A stretch of 64,000 bases of DNA from Podarcis muralis (lineage: Eukaryota): the NCBI RefSeq assembly GCF_964188315.1, contig NC_135656.1:72416001-72480000 (forward strand). The letters run 5' to 3'. Below, piece by piece: positions 13,685 through 28,457 of the stretch. The first letter of the stretch is position 1. Each line of letters begins with the position of its first letter. The notes under the pieces are model-generated. The model did no database searches, was not told the origin of the DNA, and saw only the letters and a list, made by a program, of their open reading frames with translations. Position numbers and translations under genes: made by a program.

Positions 13685-13922
13685 CAGACCTCGGTTTTCT
13701 AATGTAATCTGTTCCAGAAGATGGTTCAAGTAATGAAACGTTCGAAAACTGAAAACTCAATAGCCGACAGCTAGGTCTCAGGATCTTGCACTCAGCGGAA
13801 GCCATGTTTCATGTTCAATTTCCAAGGTGTGTTTGAAAACCAAAGCATTTCCTTCCAGGTTTACAGCATTCGAAAACCGAAACATTCGTCAATGGAAATG
13901 TTCGAAAACCGAGATACTACTG
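13685..13922. mobile_element. Tc1/mariner (Tigger-like) MITE
   Basis: TA-flanked termini cag..acctcggttttc / gaaaaccgagatactactg, with internal cgaaaac repeats. Confidence 0.65.
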
Positions 13923-16900
13923 TATTCTGTATTTCCAACGTTCCCTATTTTGAAGGTTTTGTTTGTTTGCTGCAAGCCACACCGAGCCCAGCTTGTTGTG
14001 GAAAAGTGGCCTATAAGTACCACCAGTCAGTCCATCTCCTTTACTGATACCTTTAGCCCTGGCAAGTTGCAGAGGAGGAAAGCATAGACTAAACAGGACT
14101 CAGGAGGTCTCTGCCAAATCATTGCTGAGCTCTTCTTAAATGTGATACGCCTGTGGTTCCTAGCTCAGCTGTCAGTGTGGGCAGGCAGCCCAGCACCAGC
14201 GCCTTCAGCTCAGTTCGCTCACAGAGTTTTTGGGTGTTTTCATTCTAAGAAATCAGCTAACATACAGTACTCAGCAGAAGCACCCCTCCTATGGGAAGAT
14301 CAGAAGATTTAGGATGTACAGTGAGCTGTCTCTGTGGATTACACAATTTCATTTCATTTTGCAGCATCCTGTGGAGCCTTTGGGGAACAAGGCCGATGTT
14401 GCAAGCATTGAATCACACTTTCCCTTGAAGCAGACCGGGGTTCCTGACTCACTTCCTTCTAGCTATGTTTGTTTCATTATGGCTCAGCAGAATAAAAGGA
14501 TCTTGCCACAAAGCTCAGTACAGACCGGGGGGGGGGGGTAACAGGCAGCCTTGGCCTCTAAACCTGAAAGGAAAAGCTAGTCACCTTCAAAACAATCCTT
14601 TTTGTGTCACCTCATTTGACTTATAATGAAAGAATCAGCCCACATCCACCCACCCATAAGCGCTCCAAAGGAAGTTTTGGGTCAACTATTGTTTTGAGAG
14701 ATGACAGATAGCACATGGCCACTGAAAAGGATCTCATTAGCAGGCTGCTGACTGAATGTTTTATTTATTGGGGTTTTTCCCTTTCTTTTACACTGGGTAA
14801 CAAAGCATAATTAAAACAATATTATGAATTTCATTAAAGCTAATAAAAGTGTAGACTCCCAAAAATAAACTGTACAGTAAACACAATTAAAGAGTAAATG
14901 ATCCAGTGATCAGCAATTCACATATGCTGGGATAAACAGAAGTGTTTTTAATTGCTGGAAGAAGCACATTACTGAAGCTGCCTGCTGGGTCTGTTCCACA
15001 GTGCAGGCACCACTGTAGAGGGGAGGAAGCAACAAGGACCACACACTCATTTTGTGTTACGCCATGCCCCATGGTAGCCATTTTGTGTTACGCCATGCCA
15101 CCAAGGCAGCCATTTTGTGAGTGGTGCCCACAGCACTTTGTCAAAATTCAAGGCGTGCCTGCTGGTCTAAAAAGTTGGTGACCCCTGGGGTAATGTATTG
15201 AGTTAAAGGATTCAAGCTGCAATCCTGGACCTACTTACCTGGGTGTAAGACCCACTGAACAAAAAGTGTTGATGAGGATAGGGGGTTACATGTGTACATG
15301 CCCATGCTTTCTTGCAGTAAGTAGGGAAATGGCACAGAATTTCTACGGCAACTGTAGGTTCATAAGCAAGTGGCGTGTTCTGAGAGGGTTATTGAGGCTT
15401 TGGGATCAGGATTTGAAACAAAAACAAAAGCTAAGTTTACGTTGCAGTTACCTCCAAGCTCGTTAAGTACAGCTGCTGAAGAGCACAGTGTGGTATGTGT
15501 GCTGCTCTTAATGTGCTAAAATACTACCAGAGTAAAACAGTGTGGAAACCCATGGCAAGGCAAATGACATGGCCTGGTGATTTAGTAGGGTCAAATATTG
15601 TTTTATCCTTTTAAATAAGAAGATCAGCAGGCTTGTGTCCCAAACACTTGGCTCAGCAAAAGAGAGTACCCTGTGTGCAGATGTTTCTCTCACTTGACAA
15701 ATCTGTAGAAGAGAGGTCTGAATAAAATGGCAGTTTTGTTGTCCAGGTCTGGGAACATTGCCCTGACAATGAGAGGTGGAGCAGAGAAAGGAATCTGAGA
15801 CTAATCTGATCTGGATGGCAGTGTGCTTTAGCAAGGGGGCAGGAGAGCTTCTTTCCAGGAATAATAGTGTTTATTTCTATTTTATTCTCTCTGGCTTGTG
15901 TTACCAAGGTCAGGTTTCAACTTGCCCGCCTCTCCCTCAGTCACTGGAACCTTGGCAAGATCTAAACCACAATTCTGAGCTGGTTTATTGAAGCATCTAA
16001 ATAATGCTTTGCACATTTGTGCCACTTACAATCTTATACAGTATGCAAAAGTAAGTAGCATTGAGTTCATTGCTTATTTCCAGAATCTGTAGATGCTTTT
16101 CACCACTGTCTACTAGTGACAATGCAGTTTCCAACACAACCAGTAAAATAACACAGCATGTAACGCACAGATCCCAGGTCATTCAAGGCTTTGTGTAATA
16201 ACATCTAATTAAATTGAGCCTATAAGCAGCCTGTCCATATCTCAGAAGACAGGTACTACATAGATGACCCTCGTGGTCCCTTCCAGTTTTACAATTCTAT
16301 GATTCTGTGACCATATCTAGAGACACCCGTCCGTACTTTAGCAGTGGCATTCTTCATGAGTTGCAGTTTCTGTACTGTCTTCTAAGGTAAGCTCTACATA
16401 GAACACATTACAGAAATCAAGATGAGAGGTTACCAGAGTGAGCAATGCTGTTTCCAGACTGTTCCAGTCCATGAATGTCCATAGCTGCCAAACCAACCAT
16501 ACCTGGCAACAGGCACTCCCTGGGCCTCCAATGGCAGCTGTGGATCCCCCAGACTATGTATCTGCTCCCTCAAGGGAGCAAGGCTTCATCACTCACACTC
16601 CCAGAAACAGTCTGTTTTATTCTTTTTGTCAGCCACTTTGAGGTTTTATTGCAATCAAGAGGCATATTTTTTAAAAAAATAAATAAAATAAAATAAAGAA
16701 ATGGCCATCTTTACCAGACACTTCTATCCATTAAGCAATTGTTCCTTTTCCTGTGATTTAATGAATTCCTAGAGCTACAAAGACCACATTACCTGGGCCT
16801 AAAATAGCATGTGACACTAAGCCTGGCTTCCAATATTTCATTGGCTAACATTCCCAAATTAAAGTTCTACCTCACAAAGTGCTCTTTGAGTTGGGCAAGC

Positions 16901-18389
16901 GAGAGGGTTCTCTTTGGGAGTGTATGGGGGGTGTAGAAAATCACTAGGGGCAGTGCTAATTATTATTTCCATTTATTCATGCATTCATTCCCCACACATC
17001 TGGCTGGGTTGCCCCAGCCTATAGCTCTAATCCCATAGAAAGCTCAAGTACAGAAGTAAAAGTACAGAAGAAAGCTCAAGTACTTGAAGCTCAAGTACAG
17101 AAGTTAGAATTGCTAAGATTGATTGCTAAGATGTACTTATTCATGTCTTTTTCTCTGTATGTTTTGTCAAAAAGAATACTCTTTTTGACTTAAAGGCTCT
17201 AGACTGGTTTAAATCAAGTAACATGACTTGGCCTGCAGTGAGTCCACAAACACAGAGAGTAGTAGTAATAAAGTTTGTATTCAGCATATGCCCTTCTTAG
17301 CAATTTCTACTCCAAGGTAGGACTCCTACCTTGGAGTAGAAATAATAGTTCTTTGTGGGTTCTAACTATTTCTCTGATATAACCGAGAGGAGGACATTTT
17401 CGTCTGAATCCACGAGGAGCTGTGTAAAATGGTGTAGTCAAATTCCTTCACAACAGTGATCCCACACTTAGTTCTTACCATGGCAAATGCCCTCTCTCCC
17501 CTACTATTTTGAATGAAGCTGGCAAGCTTATACTTCTTTACTAAGACACTCAGCCAAAGCTGTTGTTCCCACACTATACCAGCGTAAGAGTAACCCAACA
17601 GAATGAAGCAATTTTGCAAAATATTCTAGCCAAATACCTTTGTGGAACTTCACCATCCAGTCTAAGATGCATAGAAGCAGCTGGTTTTTTACCAAATGGT
17701 TAACAGAGCGTTTATTCTCTTCTCCCTCATTCCACTCCCTGGGATTTCTACCGTTTTGAGCAATATCTGTCATAACAGCTGTATTGAGATGCAGGTGTTC
17801 TTCCCCAGCCTGGGAGCTCAGTTGAGCCAGATTTTGGCATTAGGGCCACTGGAGTGATAATCTGGATACTCAGGACATTAGAAAGTCCCTCAAAAACTGC
17901 TGTTTGGACTACCACCTAGATTTCCCACCGCCTCCCACACTTTACATAGTGTGGCGCAAGGTTCTCAAGAGATATGTTTAAATAACTTGCCAGGTTTCTC
18001 ACATCCCCATCGTAAGCATCCACCGATGTGTCTGCGAGCTTTGTGAATTCGCTTCACAAATTATCTGCCTCACGTCCCAAAATAGCATGGAGTTGATAAT
18101 ACATTCTACCCAAAACATTGACAGCAATGCTTAGGGCATGTCTGCATCTTCTAGTGCTTCTGTTTTAATACATTACAGTGGGGAGGAGGAGGAAGGTTTA
18201 CGATGCAGTGGTGGGGAAATTGTAGCCCTTCAACTCCCATTAACCCCAGTCAACATGGCCAATGGTCAGGGGTGATAGGAGTTGTGGTCCAGCAACATCT
18301 AGAAGGCCATTAAATCTGAACTGGAGGTGTCTGACCTTGGTCCCAGGAAAATGCCCAATGAAAATGTCACCCAGTTTGTGAATTCCATA

Positions 18390-18730
18390 TTAGGGATCAT
18401 TAGGAAATGGATTCGAAATAAAACTGCCTGTATCATTATTATTTCAATTATTATTTTTTGAAAGTTTTCTGTTTTTACTTATCATTCCATCATTTTATTC
18501 TTTTTGCAACCTGCTTTGAGATTTGTATTTTTTTAACAATCAAATGATATAAAAGATTTTGTGAAATAAATAAATAATGCTGCTTAGAAAATCTATGGTG
18601 CAACTACACCTGGAATACTACGTATCATTCAGATCACCTCACCTCAAAAGAGATCTTATGGGGCTGGAAAAGTTTCAGAAAAGGACAACCAAAATGCTCA
18701 AGGGGCTGGAGCAATTGTTCTGTGAGGAAA
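18390..18730 (+). mobile_element. Degraded CR1 fragment
   Basis: KSMVQLHLEYYVSFRSPHLKRDLMGLEKFQKRTTKMLKGLE resembles the CR1 ORF2 C-terminal region. Confidence 0.75.
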
Positions 18731-19329
18731 TGTTTACAGCAGAGACATGGAACTCCCAGCCTTGGAGTCAAACTTCTCCTGCAAGATGGTAGGAGAAACA
18801 TGAGAGCTGCTTCAAACAGATCTCTTGTGAAGTGATTTAAGGCAGTTCCACACAGCCAAAATGGGGATGGCAGGAGCCACCTTAAAGCGCTTCTCAACAG
18901 CACTGTTTGAAACATTTCCCTCTCCCCCTGATTCACAGCCATCCTTTAAAATTCACACTTCTCTGACTTTTTCAGTGAAGTTCCCCAGCAAACTACTGTG
19001 TACAGAAATGTATATACTAAAGTGTGCATAAAAATGCATATTGATGAAAACAGCATACAAAAATGTATTTTATTAGGGGAAAATGCTTTGCAAAGGTGTC
19101 TATTAGGCAGAATTGCATAGGAAAATGTAGCGCTTTTTAAAGGAAAAAATGTGCCGGTACTCACCATGAAGTTGTTACAGTAAGTGTCACACTTCTAACG
19201 GGGGGGGGGGGGTCAGGTGCCAGTACTGCGTACCCTTGAGTACCCTCAGAAAAAAGGCACTTCAAAAATGTATATATTAGGAGAGATGCACACTAAAACG
19301 CTGAAGAATTTTATGAGGACTATTAAATA

Positions 19330-19364
<35 letters not shown>

Positions 19365-20629
19365 ACTAGTATTTTTTTAAAAACAACCTGATGTGGAAAT
19401 GTACAGAACTGGACGTAAGAGTGGAAAAATGAGAATCAGAGAAACCAAATTTGACAGGTGCCCCCCCCCTCCTTATCTCAGGCCTTACTTTACTTGCAAT
19501 CCTGCAGGTTAATGCTATCACTACACAGAAGCTGAATCCTGAGAAGCAGCAAGTGGCAATTTCTTTGCAGAGACTTAGGCTCCTCTTAGAATCTCGCTCC
19601 CTCCTATCTGATTGGACAGCTGTCCAAGGAGTGGTTTGGCTCTCGCCTTGCCAGGTTTCCTGGAAGATTTGAGCCACAAGTGAAAAGTAGAAGGACGGAC
19701 TGTTCTGAGGGAAGCTGATGGCAGAAGGGCTTTGGCTGAGAAACTTCTTGGAGCGCAACATTCCTGTACAGCCTTTGCAAACAGCTGCTGTCAGGAGACT
19801 CGTCCCTGCAATATAAAGGGTCTCCATAGCATTTCTAAATGGGCACCAGCCAAGCAGTTCCAAGCTTTCTAGTATAAAGAGTATTTATATATATAATTTG
19901 CTAATCTCAATATAGGAGAAATGCAAGCCCTAATAAATATTGCATGTCTCACATACAGAGCAATCCAGATCCATTTAAATATAAAGTTATTCTGTTATGT
20001 CAGTGGCAACATGGCATAACGGCACTGCAGTTTATGCCATTTATAGCAGGAGTTTTTCATCCTAAGCTGGGGCCTGCAATTGTGGTTTTATGCAGGCCTA
20101 ACATAATGCTCTGTTATCATTTGTTGATGAACAACAGTATAGAAGTACCCCAAAGAAATAAATATACAAATGAACCTCAGACATGTGGGATGTCTTTGTA
20201 TGTACCTGGCCGTCAGCCTGGTGCATTTTTTTTCAGACTCTTAAAAACAGATTTGGAAGGGATTTCATGGGTTGTTCAAGTGAAGGCTAACCTTCTTCCA
20301 TAACCAGGAGCTTTTTGAACCTCATATCTAATGAGTAACAGCCTTGAGCTTAACATGATGATGACCAGGAACTTTATAAGCCCACCTTGACAAATTCAAC
20401 CAAATGCTGATCTAACCTGCTCATTAAGTGATGGATATTTCATGACTTCAGTCTCAGAATAAGGAGCAGCAATGATCAGCATTATGGGAATGTGGTTGCT
20501 GGCAAAAGGTGATATTTGTTACTGCTGAGGAATACGTACATACTATGGCCCTGATCTCCTCTTGATGAAGCTTTTCATATCTGTTGGAACTCAAACACTG
20601 TCAAAAAAAATGTAAGTTCAACGAATTCC

Positions 20630-22842
20630 TAAACTCTGATCAGTGAAGTGGAAGTGCTGAGAACCTTGGGAGAAAGTGATTGTGTGCTCTTGGGTTTCAT
20701 TATACAGAGGCAAGGGAAAGCTGAGTGTAGTCAAACATGCACTCTGGACTTTAAGAAGGCTGATTTCAAAAAGCTTAAGGAACTACTGGGTGAGATCCCT
20801 TGGCCAGATCCCTTGGCCAAAGAGAAGGGAGTCCAAGATGGATGGGAGTTTCTTAAAGGTGAAATATTGAAGGCACAAATGCAGACAATTCTAACAAGAA
20901 AAGTGGAAGGCATCTAACGAAACCAGTGTAGCTGCATCTTTATGCTTAGTTTACAGATAAGCTGAGATTCACAAAGGGAATATATAAGACATAGAAGAAA
21001 AGGAAAATCATGAAAGAAGAGTATGCATGAGGAGCAAACAGTTGCAAGGAGAAAGTCAGGCAGCCTTGAACTCAGACTGCAAGAGAGGTTAAAAATAATA
21101 ATACTCAAAGGTTTCTTCAGCTATGTTTGAAGCAAGAGGAAAAAGAAGCAAGTAGTAGGTCCTTTGCATGGAGAAGAGGGAGAAATGCTACTGCGTGACA
21201 GACAGAAGGCAGAACTGCTCAACACCTACTTTGCCTCTGTTTTCACCCAAAAGGAAAGCAGTGCCCAACATAATAAATGATGCAAGGAGGGAGCTGCAGC
21301 CCAAGATAGGAAAACAGGTGGTAAAGGAACACCGATGTACTTTAAATGAATTCAAATCTCCAGGACCTGATGAGCAACCAAGGGTACTAAATAAAGAGCA
21401 TGCAGATGTAATCTCAGAGCCTCTGTCTATAATCTTTGAGAATTCTTGGAGAACAGGTGAGGTTCCTGCAGACTGGAGCCAGGCAAATATTGTCCCCAAC
21501 TTCAAAAAGAGGGGAGAGAAGACCCAAATAACTACCAACCTTGACATTGATACTACGAGCAATCCTAGAACAGATAATTAAACAGTTGATCTATGCACCC
21601 TTAGAAAAGGATGCTGTGATTACTAAGACCTGGTATGGGTTTCTGAAAAGCAAGTCATGCAAGATGAAACACATTTCTTTCTTTCTTTCTTTTGATAGCT
21701 TTACAAGCTTGATGGATCAGGGGAATGCTGTGGACATAATGTATCTTGATTTCAAAAAGGCTTTGACAAAGTCCCCCATGATATTCTTGTGGAGAAGCTG
21801 GTAAAATGTGGGCTGGATGAGGTAACTATTATGTAGATTTGTCATTGGCTGACTGATTGAACCCAAACAGTACTCATTAATGGTTCTTTGTCATCCTGGG
21901 GAAAAGTGACTAGTGGGATGCCCAGGGTTCTGTCCTGGGCCCTTTGTTGTTGTTGTTGACTTGGATGAAGGAATTGGGATGCTCATCAAATTTGCAGATG
22001 ACACCAAACTGGGAGGGATAACTAATGCTGCAGAAGACAGAATTAGGGTTCAAGATGACCTTGACAGATTGGAGAACTGGGTGCAAGCTAACAAGATGAA
22101 TTTCAGTAGGGACAAATGTAACGTTCTACACTTAGGCAGGAAGAACCAGCTGTACAAATATAACATGGGGGAGGACACCTGGCTTGCCAGCAGTACATGT
22201 GAAAAGGATCCAGGGGTCTTAGTAGACCATAGGCTTAACATGATTTCATAGCATGATACAGTAGCAAAACAGCTAATGCTATTCTAGGCTGCATCAACAG
22301 AAGTATAGTACCCCAATCAAGAGAAGTAATAGTACCACTCTATTCTGCCTTGCTCAGAGCACACTTGGAGTACTGTGTCCAGTTCTGGGCGCCACAATTT
22401 AAGAAGGATATTGACATGACAAAACATGCGCAGAAAAGGGCAACCAAGATTATTAAGGGTATGGAAACCAAGCCTTCTAAGGAATGGTTGAGGGAGTTGG
22501 GTATATTTAGCCTGGAAAAGAGGCGGAGACTGGGAGGAGATAAGATAGCTATCTTCAAATATCTAAAGGCCCCTCATTATGGAAGATGGAGCAAGCTATT
22601 CTGGAGGGTAGGGCCCGAACCAATGGATTCGAATTACAAGAAAGAAAATTCTGACTAAACAGAGCTATTTGACGGTGGAACAGACTCCCTTGGAAGGTGG
22701 TGGACTCACCTTCAATGGATGGGATTTTTTTTAGGAGAGGTTGCCTGGCCATCTGTCATGGATGCTTTAGTGGAGATTCCTGCATTGCAGGAGCTGGACT
22801 AGAGGACCCCTGGGGTCCCTTCCAACTCTACAATTCTATGAT
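20630..22842 (+). mobile_element. Decayed CR1 LINE (ORF2 remnant to 3' end)
   Basis: Frameshifted motifs [50 protein letters not shown]; 3' end ttccaactctacaattctatgat. Confidence 0.93.
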
Positions 22843-24228
22843 ACTAACAGGATTCTGTCACATGAGGAGGGGAGCTAAATAGGACTATAAAATAGAAGAG
22901 CCAAGACATTTTAAGCAAAAATTGGCGACCCATGGGAGAGTAAAATGAAAACACCTGACACCTGTTGGAGGTAACGACAGGTTTCAGCTGAGGATTGGCA
23001 TATTGCAGCAGTTCCCCAGTGCCTACTTAAGCTAGTGCGTAATGCCGTGGTTTTGATTTTCTGTGTCTTACATGCTTTGGAAGTGTCTTGAGATTTTCTT
23101 GAAAGATGCCAGTTGTATAATGTGTGCTGGGTCACTTTGACCTTAAAATAGGCCCAAAAGTTCCTACCAGCATTCAAGCTGAATTTGGCAGGCTTGTGGA
23201 ATGTTGCTCCAAGACTTAGCTCTCCTAAATGGAACTTTTTGCTAATAGCATTACAGGATTTTCTAAAAACCTGTTATGGCCAGCTCTTTCTATCTCAGGC
23301 TATTTATTTCTGCCTATCCCAGTAATGCTAAGAGTGGGCTCTTTGGCAGTACACAAATGGCAAAAAGGGTAAGTAATCATAATCAGGCAAACTTTGCTCC
23401 TTGGCCAAGTTCAGCAGTTAAAACAGAGCAGAATTTGCTCCCCGGCTGGTTTTTGACACAGTAAGTGCTGTTTTCCTTTTCAGCCTCTGGATAAGCAAAT
23501 GCCCATAATCAAGTGTGTAAAAAGAATACTGACAGAGTTTTTAAAAATGATTCTAGAGAGTTGCCATTTAAAAAAAACAGACTGTACTTACAGGGCAAAT
23601 ATGAGCAATAGCACCAGGCCACGTGTTCCATTTCCATACATGCCTTATAGCAGATTGGAATTTGATTTTCCTCCTGCGGCCTAAATCGTATGAAAAAGAA
23701 AATGTTCTGCATTTTTGAGCTTCTTACTGCCAGCCTCGAAATGCCAACACTTGTGCCAAATCCAAAGGAAATATGTTTTAAAAATTATTATTCTTACTCA
23801 AACATTCATTCTTTCTTTAAATTGTCTTCATCCGGTATGTTTGGTGGCCAGAATATGGTTTGCTTTACTGGAACTTCCTTAAGTTGTAAATGAGTGTTTT
23901 TCTCAGAAGGTAATAGGGCAGCAAAACCACAACATGAAACAGGCCTATGACATATTCCTTAGACAGAGAGTGAGCCAGTCAATGAGACCTGGAGTTTGTT
24001 TGTGCCCGATTAGAAGCGATGGAGGCTCCGCCTGTGCCTACTGCTTTTCCCACCATGCCCCTTCCAAACACCTGCCTCAGTATTGCCACGTCCTATTGCT
24101 TTCCGTCCTTCTCCAGATAATTTCTCTGAGTGCTCCCACACATCCATCTCCTTTCTCTTTCACCTCCCCTCCTCCTGTGCGATGCCCAATAAATAAAGTG
24201 ATTTGCAATTTTTAGCAGGCTAATAATA

Positions 24229-24715
24229 ATAGTAATAATAATATATTTATACCCCAGTGGTTTTCCCAGCCACTCTGGGCGGCTCCCAACAGAATATTAA
24301 AAACATCAAACATTAAAAACTTCCCTAAACAGGGGTGTCTTCTAAAAGTTAGATAGTTGTTTATTTCCTTGACATCTGATGGGAGGGCATTCCACAGGGA
24401 GGTTCCCTGTAACCTCACTTCTTGCAGGGAGGGAACCACCAGAAGGCCCTTGGCACTGGACCTCAGTGTCCGGGCTGAACGATGGGGGTGGAGACACTCC
24501 TTCAGGCATACTGGGCCAAGGCCGTTTGGGGCTTTAAAGGTCAGCACTAACACTTTGAATTGTGCTCAGAAATGTACCAGGAGCCAATGTACGGTAGGTC
24601 TTTCAGGACCGGTGTTACATAGTCTCGGCAGCCACTCCCAGTCACCAGTCTAGCTGCCGCATTCTGGATTAATTGTAGTTTCCAGGTCACCTTCAAAGGT
24701 AGCCCCACATAGAGC
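24229..24715 (-). mobile_element. L2 LINE 3' fragment
   Basis: VLTFKAPNGLGP...RTLRSS...LWNALP motif and (TTA)n tail. Related older pieces at ~290-460, ~34730-35000 and ~55420-55700. Confidence 0.8.
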
Positions 24716-25571
24716 TCATTGCAGTAATTTTGCTGTGCCCCCCCATCCTACAGCCCAGTGCTCATGCCCCCTTTTGCCTCCCACGTATATCCAGCACTGA
24801 CTCACACTAGGAGATATCCAGATCTCCTTTAATAAAAGCTCCGCCTTCTGATGAAACGGAATGTCAGCCACAGAAGATCTCGTAAATACTGAGGTAATCT
24901 GGATAATAAAACGTACACCACAATGGGTGTTTGTTTTGTGAGAGCATTTGTTAGTGGGGGACTTTTTTTCTTTTGCAAAACAGGCCCAGTCATGGGACCC
25001 ATCCTTTTTCTGGTTTTCTAAAGTAGTTGGACATCCCTTTCCCTTGCCTGCCATGGATGAGATCCCTCATTTTCTCCTCTTCTGGCAGCCAGCAGCATTT
25101 TTTCCAAGTTGATTCACTGAGTTTCTAGTGATTATAGCTTCCCAAAATGACTGGTGTGGTGGTAGGATGAGGCAACCCTAACTCCTAGATCTAAAGTTAG
25201 GAATTTCATCAACCTGCCCCACTGTGTTTATGGCCATGGGAGGTAACTGTTGTTAAGACAACTCTTCTTGATACTTGTACTTTGTACTGCGAACTTGACC
25301 AGGGGAAATGGGGTAGCGCTTTATGCATCCTTTACTGCCTACAGACTCTGGCATCTGTGTAAAATGAGGCTGCAGAGCGAAACCTAACCAGAGATGAGAG
25401 ATCAAATTCTGGTGCCTGCTCATAAATCATATTGTGTGAAAGGAGCAAAAAAGAGTGTTGAGTCCAACCGCTCGCCAGAAGGAAGGAATACTCCCAATAA
25501 TTGCCACAAATGATTCATTCCAGATCACATAGTGCTACAGACATGTGCATGGCATGTGTGCATGGTTATCT

Positions 25572-25786
25572 TAGGGCTGCCATATTTCAAAAAGTAAAGT
25601 TTCTGACCCTTGCAAAGCTTTTTTTTAGGAAGACCCCAAAATTGTTGAGCTTTTCTAAGGAAACCACCAAAATTCTTGAGCTTTTTTAGGGAACGAACCC
25701 AAATTGTTGAGCTCCCCCCCCCCATGCCATTTTTACACCCGAAAACCAGGACATGGCAGGAATTTTCCTGACGTATGGCAAGCCTA
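25572..25786. mobile_element. hAT-like MITE with internal ~29-bp repeats
   Basis: Terminal inverted repeats tagggctgccata / tatggcaagccta; three copies of cccaaaattgttgagctt-like unit. Confidence 0.6.
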
Positions 25787-27082
25787 TGGTAGTTTCATCT
25801 ATTTCATATTCTCAGCAATTGAGTGCTGATACCTATAAATCCAAACTGGCACCACCCTCACACAAGAGGGATGTTTCAGCAGCCTTGGGGGAATCTTGAG
25901 TTTGCAGAAGTATGCAAAAAGGAGGGACAACCCCCCAAGGACAACTCCCCAAGGAATGCCTGGAATCCTCAACAGCAACACTCTACACTGCGACATTTTG
26001 TAGCAGGTCTGACTTGTCACATCGGTAGCATCAGTTTGGCAAAAAGCCCTTATGCATGAGCAAAACCAGAGGTCAAGTATATTTGCTCCCTGACAGTCTC
26101 CTCAGTAATTGTTTATGTTGAATGTTAACCAAGGGTTTGATATTCTTTACAATTGATTTCAGTGTTCCAACAGAATTTGATAGCTGACATGCAATAGTAT
26201 TTTGTATCTGAAAATATTCAATTGTTGACATGCATGGAAATTATATATTAGAAACTTGAAGAAATTAAAAAACAACCAACAGAGCAAGCCTATGTATGTC
26301 TGTTCTGTGGTATTGCTTACTCCCAAGATTACAATCCAAGAGATTCCACGTGATTTAAAACACTATAAATTCTGCTGTGGAAGCAAATGTTTATATTATG
26401 GCTAAAAAAATCCTAAGAAAACCCACTTAGAGAAGTAATCCCTACTGAACCCAGTGAGACTCACTTCTGAGTAAAACTGCATAGGACTGCACTGTAAAAA
26501 GCCAGGTCCCAAAATTGCATACAGTATTTAAATTTTAGTTTTTTTTAAAAAAAAAAATGACAAATTTTGAAAATCTGTAAATATTACCTTCAGCTCTGAA
26601 TAAAACCCACGCGCCAATTTTTCAAAAAACAGAAAATGTCGCAATGGCTCATCAGTGATGCCCTCCCTTTCTCCACTCTTGTTTCAGCTGCCCCTGATAC
26701 CCTTCTCTTTACTCACTGTAAAGAACAAAGATTCCACTCATTGGAGATTGGAATGGTGTCGTTTTTTCATCTAGATTCCATTTGTGGGTGGGAGGGGATG
26801 TGGTGGAAGACTTGCTCCATGTGCGTAGTTTAAGACACAGTACCTCCCAGGACGGTTTGTAATCCCTCCTCCCCTAAAGTGATTTAGGACAGAACACTCT
26901 CAGGTTGCTAATCCTCACAGCTGCTCCAAGTGGGCAAGCAAAAGAATGTGTGTAAACTGGCATGGGTAGATGAAAGGGTTAGACAAGGCCTGCTATCTGA
27001 GTTTACTGTCTGCTGATCAAGGCACTTCCTCACAGTGAATACTAGTTTTTACAAGGCACTATATCATCAGGCGGGGGGGGGG

Positions 27083-27430
27083 GGAGACAAGGGTGGCGCT
27101 GTGGGTTAAACCACAGAGCCTAGGACTTGCTGATCAGAAGGTTGGCGGTTCGAATCCCTGTGATGGGGTGAGCTCCCGTTGCTCGGTTCCTGCTCCTGCC
27201 AACCTAGCAGTTCGAAAGCACATCAAAGAGCAGGTAGATAAATAGGTACCACTCTGGTGGGAAGGTAAACGGCGTTTCTGTGCACTGCTCTGGTTTGCCA
27301 GAAGCGGCTTAGTCATGCTGGCCACATGACCCGGAAGCTGTACGCCGGCTCCCTCGGCCAATAAAGCGAGATGAGCGCCACAACCCCAGAGTCGGTCACG
27401 ACTGGACCTAATGGTCAGGGGTCCCTTTAC
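27083..27430 (+). mobile_element. Sauria SINE (near full length)
   Basis: tRNA-derived head gggtggcgctgtgggttaaacc...ggttcgaatccc, Sauria body, and 3' end ggtcaggggtccctttac. Confidence 0.9.
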
Positions 27431-27965
27431 TTATATCACAGACAACTGATGAAATTCCAACTTCTGTATTAAGAGAGCTGAGGAGTTTTACCATCATGAT
27501 TTGTTTTCCCCGCTTCTGTTAAATGATTGCCAGACCTTTTGCTACTGCCTCACCTTGGAAGTTTCCAGATTAATCTCTAGGATTCTGTGGCATATCAGTG
27601 AATTCAGGCTGCACAATTAAAGTGGATTTGGAGCTCTTGTGCAACAAACACACTTCCTTGCAAAAATCCCCAGATTTTTTTTGCAGTAAGGAAAGTGACA
27701 GGAATATACACTCTCTGCAAAAAAAAGGGGCAGCCAAGGTTGCATGATTTTGTGCTAACAAATTGGAAGTTCCCAATAAACAGGTTGCTTGGGGGTGCCT
27801 TAAAGATTACTTGCAGAAAACTCCCTGGATCCACCTGCATCAGAATTAATCCCCTCTTAAGGGGGCTGCCACATCTCTGAATCCCATGCACCTCTGTTAA
27901 AATCCAAAACGTTGTGGTTGTTTTGGTTCCAAATTTTGATTCGGATTTGGGTCTGAATTGAGATA

Positions 27966-28207
27966 CAGTGGTACCTTGAGTTATATACGCTTCAGGTTAC
28001 ATATGCTTCAGGTTACAGACCCCGCTAACCCAGAAATATTACCTCGGGTTAAGAACTTTGCTTCAGGATGAGAACAGAAATCGTGCTCCAGCGGCACAAA
28101 AACAGTGGGAGGCCCCATTAGTTAAAGTGGTGCTTCAGGTTAAGAACAGTTTCAGGTTAAGAACGGACCTCCGGAACGAATTAAGTACTTAACCCGAGGT
28201 ACCACTG
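27966..28207. mobile_element. Tc1/mariner (Tigger-like) MITE
   Basis: TA|cagtggtacc...ggtaccactg|TA. Same family as 55868-56093 in the opposite orientation. Confidence 0.85.
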
Positions 28208-28457
28208 TAGATCATATCTGAATCTATCTGTACCAAGTCAGGGTCCAATCCAAATCTCCAAATGTTGGGTGGAGCTTCCACAGCCCTGATTTTCACACAC
28301 AATGCTAAATATGCCTTTCAGACTTCATTATACTATTTGTACATGTACATGACAGTGAATGAGACTGAAGAGAGATTTTTAAAAAAATAAAATCTACAGT
28401 CTAGTCTGTGTGAAATTTACATGCAAACTGCAGGTGCAAGGTAAGCAAGCATAATTT

